Part shown: positions 59,069 to 64,000 of the stretch, one piece after another
Layout of the letters: each line of letters begins with the position of its first letter
Position numbering within the stretch: the stretch's first letter is position 1
NCBI GenBank assembly: GCA_050506795.1
Contig: JBJHCF010000003.1
Coordinates: 1-64,000, forward strand
Source of the DNA: Opitutia bacterium
GTDB taxonomy: Bacteria > Verrucomicrobiota > Verrucomicrobiia > Opitutales > T3Sed10-336
Direction: 5' to 3'
DNA: 64,000 bases
Program-made: the position numbers and the translations under genes
Notes under the pieces: generated by a model
What the model saw: the letters and a program-made list of their open reading frames with translations, nothing else
What the model was told of the DNA's origin: nothing
Database searches by the model: none

Positions 59069-59151
59069 ACAGGTGACGCGGACATTCCTGTCTGCGAGGT
59101 CTCGGCGTGAGACGGGCGGGAGGGACAGACAGGAATGTCTGTGTCACCTGT
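59069..59151. repeat. REP/REPIN-like long palindrome
   Basis: 26-bp arms ACAGGTGACGCGGACATTCCTGTCTG / CAGACAGGAATGTCTGTGTCACCTGT (2 G-U-compatible mismatches), inner hairpin GTCTC/GAGAC; sits right after a stop codon. Confidence 0.85.
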
Positions 59152-59152
59152 G

Positions 59153-62100
59153 CTAATCCAGGCTGGCCAGATAGGCGAGGAGATCCCGGATTTCGCGTTT
59201 GGTGAGGACGGGTTCGACCGAGGGCATGGAGGAGGGGGCGTCGATGCGTTCGGCCACCTCGGTCCGGGCGATCGACCTGACTTCTCCGCCGACATCCATT
59301 ACCAGATGGGAGTCGGATTCTTCGCGCAGGATGCCAATGATTCTTTCGCCGTCCTGGAGATCGAGGCTGACGATGCCATAGCCGGGAGTGATACGGGCGT
59401 TGGGGGCAACCAGCGCCTGCAGAATCTCCTCGCGAGTGGAGCGTGCGCCAAGGTTGGTGAGATCCGGTCCGGCGTCACCTCCGCGCCCCTGGATGGCGTG
59501 ACAACGCACGCAGGAGGCGGCTGGATGGTCGCGGAATATTTGTCTCCCGGTGGCGATGTGCCCACCGTAGAGGGTTTCCGCAAAGGCGGCGACGGCATTG
59601 TCACCCTCAAGGGTCGCACGGTATTCGACCAGCGCTTCAATCAGCGGTGGGTGTTCGGTGGCTTCAGCCGCTTCGATGAGATCGAGATGGAGTTCCACGG
59701 GCAAATCACGGGCCACAAGTTGTGCCAGATAGGTTTCGAGGTGAGCGAAGGCGCGCTCGTTGCCCAGCCGGCCGAGGGCCGACAGAGCGGTTTGTTGTTC
59801 GCGCAGGGATCCTTCCTCGACCACGTCCGCCAGCAGGTTGGCCAGTTCGGGCCCCCCGTAGTCGAGGGAGGGGGCCAGGTTCAAGGCGGCACGACGGACA
59901 TCGCTGTTGGCGTCGGCCATGGCCCGCTCCACGGCGTCGGGCAGGAGATCACTCTCCATCCGATTCAGGGCGTTCAGCGCCGCGGCACGGACGCTGGAGG
60001 AGCCGTCTTCGCGCAGCAGGGTCATCAGGAGCGGCGCCGCGTCCCGGACCGCCAGCCGGCCGGCCACCTCGATGGCGGCGGCGCGAACGGCGGAGTTGGG
60101 CTCGGCGGTGAGAAGGTATTCCATTTCGGCGCTCACGGCGTCACGGGCCAGGGCGGGATCGTTTTCCAGCGGCCCGCGATGCCAGCCGTCGACCCGATCC
60201 AGAATCGAAGGTGCGGGCCAGACGGCCAAGACGTCCAGGGCTTCCACCCGCATGGTTTCCGGGGCATCCGGGCGCACCGCGTAGGCGGCCAGCCGACGGG
60301 CGGCGGCCTGGTCCCCGACCCGGAGATTGGCGTTGATGGCGCGACGGAGCAGCGGTTCCCGGGTGAAGCGTTCCTCTTCAAGGGTCCGCGCCAGTTCGGG
60401 AAGGGCGGCGGGGATGGAGCGGTCGTCGTTGATGGCGCGGGCGGCTTCGACCACGACCAGTTCGTCTTCGTCAGACAAAAACGCCGCCACGCCGGGGGCC
60501 TCCATGCGACGCAGAGCCACCACCGAAGCGATACGCAGGGCCCGCGACGGGTGATCAGCGTAGGCGGTCAGCGGTTGCGCCCGGCCGATGCGGGCCAGGG
60601 CGATGGCCCCGCCGTGGCGGAGGTAGGCGTCCCGGTCATCGTTCTCCACCAGCATCTCGGCGATTGCCTCGAGAGCCGGGCCGTGGCCGATCCGTCCGAT
60701 GGCTTCGGTGGCGAAGAACTTCGGGCGGCTGTGTTCGTCGCGCAGCAGGCCGATCAGGGCCTCTCCGGCGCCTTCGTGCCGCACGTCTCCCAAAACCCGG
60801 GCGGTTTGAGCGCGGATTTCCGGATCTTCGTCGGCGAGGAAAGGAATCAGATGGCCGGCCAGATCGTTTCCGGCACGAATCATTTGTCCCAGGCCCCAGA
60901 GGCCGTGAATGCGGGCCAGTTGATGTTCGCTCTGCTCCACTGCGGCGAGCAGGGCGGCGCTTCCCGGTTCCTCGCGGCGCGCCAGTTCGAACTGGGCCTT
61001 CTGCCGCACGCGCATATCGGGGTGGTGCAACAAAGGGGCCAGAGCCCCAATCTCCCGTTCACTGAAATCTTCGCGGATCAGGGTTTCCGTTTCCCGTCGG
61101 AGGTCGGACCCCCGGGTCTCCGGAGTATCCAGCTTCCAGATTCGTCCGGCGCCGTTCATTCCCCAGCCTGAGATCCAGTCGGCGAAGTACAGCGCGCCGT
61201 CGGGCGCGAAGGCCAGGCTGGTGGGCAGCAGGCCGGACAGGAGGGTGTGTTGTTCCGCCAGTTCAAAGCCGGCGCCGGCCTCCTCCAGGCTGAAGGCGAC
61301 AATGCGCGATTGCGGAGGTGAGCCGACAAAGTGGGTGACGAAAAAATGGTCTTTCCATTCCTCGGTGAAGGCGGTGCCGGGGTTGTAGGCGAAGCCCGAA
61401 GGGCCGGAGCGGAACGCGGCGATCGGGGGGAGAATGTAGGCGGCCTGATCTTCGAAGCGCGGCCGAAAGAGTTCCTCGTCCATCCACACCTTGTAACTGT
61501 TGTTCGCCGGGTCGCCGTATTTGCCGAATTGCCAGTTGATACGCCAACCGCTGTCGGAACCGTTGACCAGGTAAACAAAACGTTCGTGTTCGCCGCCGTG
61601 GTCGCCGTCGTTGTCGACCGAAACCAGGTTTCCGTACTGGTCGAAAGCGAATTCGTGCGTGTTGCGCAAACCGCTGGCGAAGACCTCGAAGTCGCTGCCG
61701 TCCGGATTGGCACGCATGATGACGCCGGTGTTGGGGTATTCCCAGCGGGTCCCGTCGGGGGCTTCCACGTTGATGCCGTAGTCGCCGATGGCCCAATAGA
61801 TGCGACCGTCGGGGCCGACCACCGGACCGGAGAGGCCGTGACCGGAGAACCCGATGTGCACCCCGAACCCGTGAGCAATCGATGCCTTTTCGTCGGCCCA
61901 CCCGTCGCCGGTGGTATCGCGCAGCCGCCAGAGGTCGGGTGCGACCGTCACGTAGACGTCGTCGCCATAGGCGAGCACGCCGGCCGCGATGTCGGAAACC
62001 TCGTCATTGAATCCCTCATACAGCACCTGGGACCGGTCGGCCAGGCCGTCGCCGCTGGTGTCTTCGATCCGGAAAACCCGTTCCTGCAGCACGGTGAGAT

Positions 62101-62617
62101 CCCTCCAGTCGTGAGATCCATCCTGATTGTAGTCGGGAAGCCATTGGTTTTGGTCGCTTCTTTCCGGCGCCAGCTCCGCGCGCAGAAAGGATCGCCGGTC
62201 TTCCACTGTCTCCCAGGTGATGGACGGAATCATCCAGTCGCGCCGGTCGCGAATATCAAATTCCGATTGCCGGTGCCGGGTGGTCTGGGTCACCAGGACG
62301 CGCCCCTGGTCGTCCACATCCAGGGCCACCGGATCTCCAAGCAATTTTTCCGACGCCCAGAGGGAAACCTCGAAACCATCCATCAGGTTCACCGAAACCT
62401 CGCTTCGGATCTCATCCCTATCCCGGGCCGCTTCCTCGGGTTGCAGTTCCACGATCTCGATCAACGGTTCACGGGTCTCGTGCACCGGCGCGGAATCGGC
62501 GGTTGTTTCTTCGAGCTGGGTATCGCGGGCGCATCCGGAGAGGAGAAGTAATATTCCGGCAAGGCTCAAAATCGGCGTCACCCGGAGTGGGAAGGGTTCT
62601 GATTGGTGGTGGTGCAT
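59153..62617 (-). CDS. PVC-type heme-c lipoprotein (quinoprotein glucose dehydrogenase-like propeller, HEAT repeats, cytochrome c)
   Basis: Lipobox LLSGC; EDTSGDGLADRS; GFGVHIGFSGHG; GLRNTHEFAFD; DNDGD; HEAT repeats; CVRCH, AGPDLT, SSMP. Confidence 0.9.
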   Translation of the reverse strand: MHHHQSEPFPLRVTPILSLAGILLLLSGCARDTQLEETTADSAPVHETREPLIEIVELQPEEAARDRDEIRSEVSVNLMDGFEVSLWASEKLLGDPVALDVDDQGRVLVTQTTRHRQSEFDIRDRRDWMIPSITWETVEDRRSFLRAELAPERSDQNQWLPDYNQDGSHDWRDLTVLQERVFRIEDTSGDGLADRSQVLYEGFNDEVSDIAAGVLAYGDDVYVTVAPDLWRLRDTTGDGWADEKASIAHGFGVHIGFSGHGLSGPVVGPDGRIYWAIGDYGINVEAPDGTRWEYPNTGVIMRANPDGSDFEVFASGLRNTHEFAFDQYGNLVSVDNDGDHGGEHERFVYLVNGSDSGWRINWQFGKYGDPANNSYKVWMDEELFRPRFEDQAAYILPPIAAFRSGPSGFAYNPGTAFTEEWKDHFFVTHFVGSPPQSRIVAFSLEEAGAGFELAEQHTLLSGLLPTSLAFAPDGALYFADWISGWGMNGAGRIWKLDTPETRGSDLRRETETLIREDFSEREIGALAPLLHHPDMRVRQKAQFELARREEPGSAALLAAVEQSEHQLARIHGLWGLGQMIRAGNDLAGHLIPFLADEDPEIRAQTARVLGDVRHEGAGEALIGLLRDEHSRPKFFATEAIGRIGHGPALEAIAEMLVENDDRDAYLRHGGAIALARIGRAQPLTAYADHPSRALRIASVVALRRMEAPGVAAFLSDEDELVVVEAARAINDDRSIPAALPELARTLEEERFTREPLLRRAINANLRVGDQAAARRLAAYAVRPDAPETMRVEALDVLAVWPAPSILDRVDGWHRGPLENDPALARDAVSAEMEYLLTAEPNSAVRAAAIEVAGRLAVRDAAPLLMTLLREDGSSSVRAAALNALNRMESDLLPDAVERAMADANSDVRRAALNLAPSLDYGGPELANLLADVVEEGSLREQQTALSALGRLGNERAFAHLETYLAQLVARDLPVELHLDLIEAAEATEHPPLIEALVEYRATLEGDNAVAAFAETLYGGHIATGRQIFRDHPAASCVRCHAIQGRGGDAGPDLTNLGARSTREEILQALVAPNARITPGYGIVSLDLQDGERIIGILREESDSHLVMDVGGEVRSIARTEVAERIDAPSSMPSVEPVLTKREIRDLLAYLASLD

Positions 62618-63024
62618 GGAGGCGCAGTACGGTGAGAATCTTCTGATTGGAAAATAGCCGATCGAATCAGAATGTCACCGTTTGGCCAGTAAAAAACCCG
62701 GATCCGGAACGGGAGAAAGGTCCTTTTCGGACAGGAACTTATCCGGCCGATCCGACGAAATAGGGAGCGCCGGGAAAATTAATGGGGTGAAGGAGCCGGA
62801 GGAACGGGATATATTAGCTTAGATTAACTTGTGAGAGAAACGGGCTGATGCTCCCGACAGGTGCGGATGCTCGGTTTGGGAGGTTAGATGGAAGGAAATG
62901 ATTCAATCGCCGTAATTCCTGACGGTTGATGGCTGTTTTGTGTTCAGCGATCGTGGGGAAGGTGGAAATTCGGATTGATCCGTGACGCGGGATGACGGGG
63001 TAAACAAATCAATAGGAGGAGGGT

Positions 63025-63537
63025 ATGAACAGTAGGAATGGCTTCGGGCGAAAGGAGCGAGCGCGGCCACGCGGGGACGTCTGGTCTGTCGACTCGAAAT
63101 CAAGTGGTCCCGGTCAGTCGAGAACGGGAGGAGCTGGAACGGGGGAGCGATGGAATATCAACCGGACCATTCTGTTGGTTGAAGACGACCGGTCGGTGCG
63201 GGATATGTTGACCATAGTACTCAGACGGTTGGGTTATCAGGTCCTGTCGGCGGCCGACGGACCGCGGGCGATCGAACTCTGGGATTGCTCGGGCGTGAAG
63301 ATCGATCTGTTAATGACCGATCTGGGCATGTCCCGGGGGATGAATGGTTTGGAACTGGCTCAGCGGCTTCGCGAGGAAAAGAGCGATTTAAAGGTGATTG
63401 TTTTCAGCGGTTTCATCACCGAGGCCGTTGAAAGGAAAATCCTGGCGACTGAGGATACGATCTCGCTGCAAAAACCATTTGACCAGCAGACGCTGGCCCG
63501 GGCGGTGAGTGAATTCCTGGCGGTGGGTCGAACCTAG
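63025..63537 (+). CDS. Response regulator receiver domain protein
   Basis: ILLVEDD, DLLMTD, GMNGLELA, FSGF, LQKPF; GGAGG before the ATG. Confidence 0.8.
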   Translation: MNSRNGFGRKERARPRGDVWSVDSKSSGPGQSRTGGAGTGERWNINRTILLVEDDRSVRDMLTIVLRRLGYQVLSAADGPRAIELWDCSGVKIDLLMTDLGMSRGMNGLELAQRLREEKSDLKVIVFSGFITEAVERKILATEDTISLQKPFDQQTLARAVSEFLAVGRT

Positions 63538-63725
63538 TCCCGGACGAAACGTTTTATCGAGTATGTTCGGGTTCTTCGGAATCGGTTGGACGGCACTCTC
63601 TTTCGGGTTTAGGAGTGTCAGGGAATCCGAACGCAATGTTGCCGTTATTCATATCCGGTTCGATCTCATGTCGGCGCCTGCAGGTCCCGGGCACGGAGTG
63701 CCGCCGAGAAGCGATTCTTTCGAAG

Positions 63726-64000
63726 GTGACGAGGCCCGGATGTTTTTTGGCGGTGCTCCTCCTGATAATCGCCCTAGCCGGAATCGCTGACGCCGACGAA
63801 ATTTCCCCGCCTGATCAGGTATTCGCCGGACACCATGCACCGGTTTCCACGGTGGACTTTTTTCCGGATGGTGAAACGCTGCTGACCGCCGGATTCGATG
63901 GTGTTGCCCGCCTGTGGAGCCGAAGCGGCGGCGACCCGATTCACGTTCTAACCGGGCATGACGGTTGGATCCATTCGGCCGCGATCTCAGGCGACGGCAG
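63726..64000 (+). CDS. Secreted WD40-repeat protein (3'-truncated by window edge; not in ORF track)
   Basis: Manual translation: VTRPGCFLAVLLLIIALAGIADA... FAGHHAPVSTVDFFPDGETLLTAGFDGVARLW...LTGHDGWIHSAAISGDG. In-frame ATG also at 63636. Confidence 0.85.
   Translation, partial: MTRPGCFLAVLLLIIALAGIADADEISPPDQVFAGHHAPVSTVDFFPDGETLLTAGFDGVARLWSRSGGDPIHVLTGHDGWIHSAAISGDG

Overview
GC-rich bacterial chromosomal window. Gene content points to a PVC-superphylum organism, most likely Verrucomicrobiota (inference from two heme-c/HEAT/beta-propeller lipoproteins, DUF1080/ThuA proteins, Tat-exported Gfo/Idh/MocA oxidoreductases, sulfatases and a prepilin-like H-X9-DG protein). In order: 3' end of a class IIC-like group II intron; a MITE-like element; a prepilin-like gene with a 1,560-aa surface protein; a 28-aa-repeat lipoprotein; a truncated GH53 gene; a reversed-order RES/antitoxin pair; a 14.5-kb eight-gene operon (thioredoxin, MoxR, DUF58, BatA-vWA, vWA-GATase-like, coiled-coil membrane protein, DUF4159, giant thioredoxin-HEAT-glutaredoxin-DsbD/CcdA fusion); a repeat surface protein; sdhCAB; two DUF1080-ThuA genes; thpR; a GNAT-nitrilase fusion; cysCDN-menA; NfeD-flotillin; a beta-barrel/partner/YceI cluster; decayed sulfatase and oxidoreductase fragments; a DUF2179 gene; blaI with a broken blaR; a receiver protein; and the start of a WD40 protein. 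The best candidates for an undescribed system are (1) the MoxR-vWA operon bracketed by thiol-redox modules and (2) a C-terminal domain ending RF[FLY]RVR shared by three unrelated secreted proteins, a possible sorting signal. Several families of non-coding repeats are also present. All family assignments come from motif recognition by eye; no searches were run.
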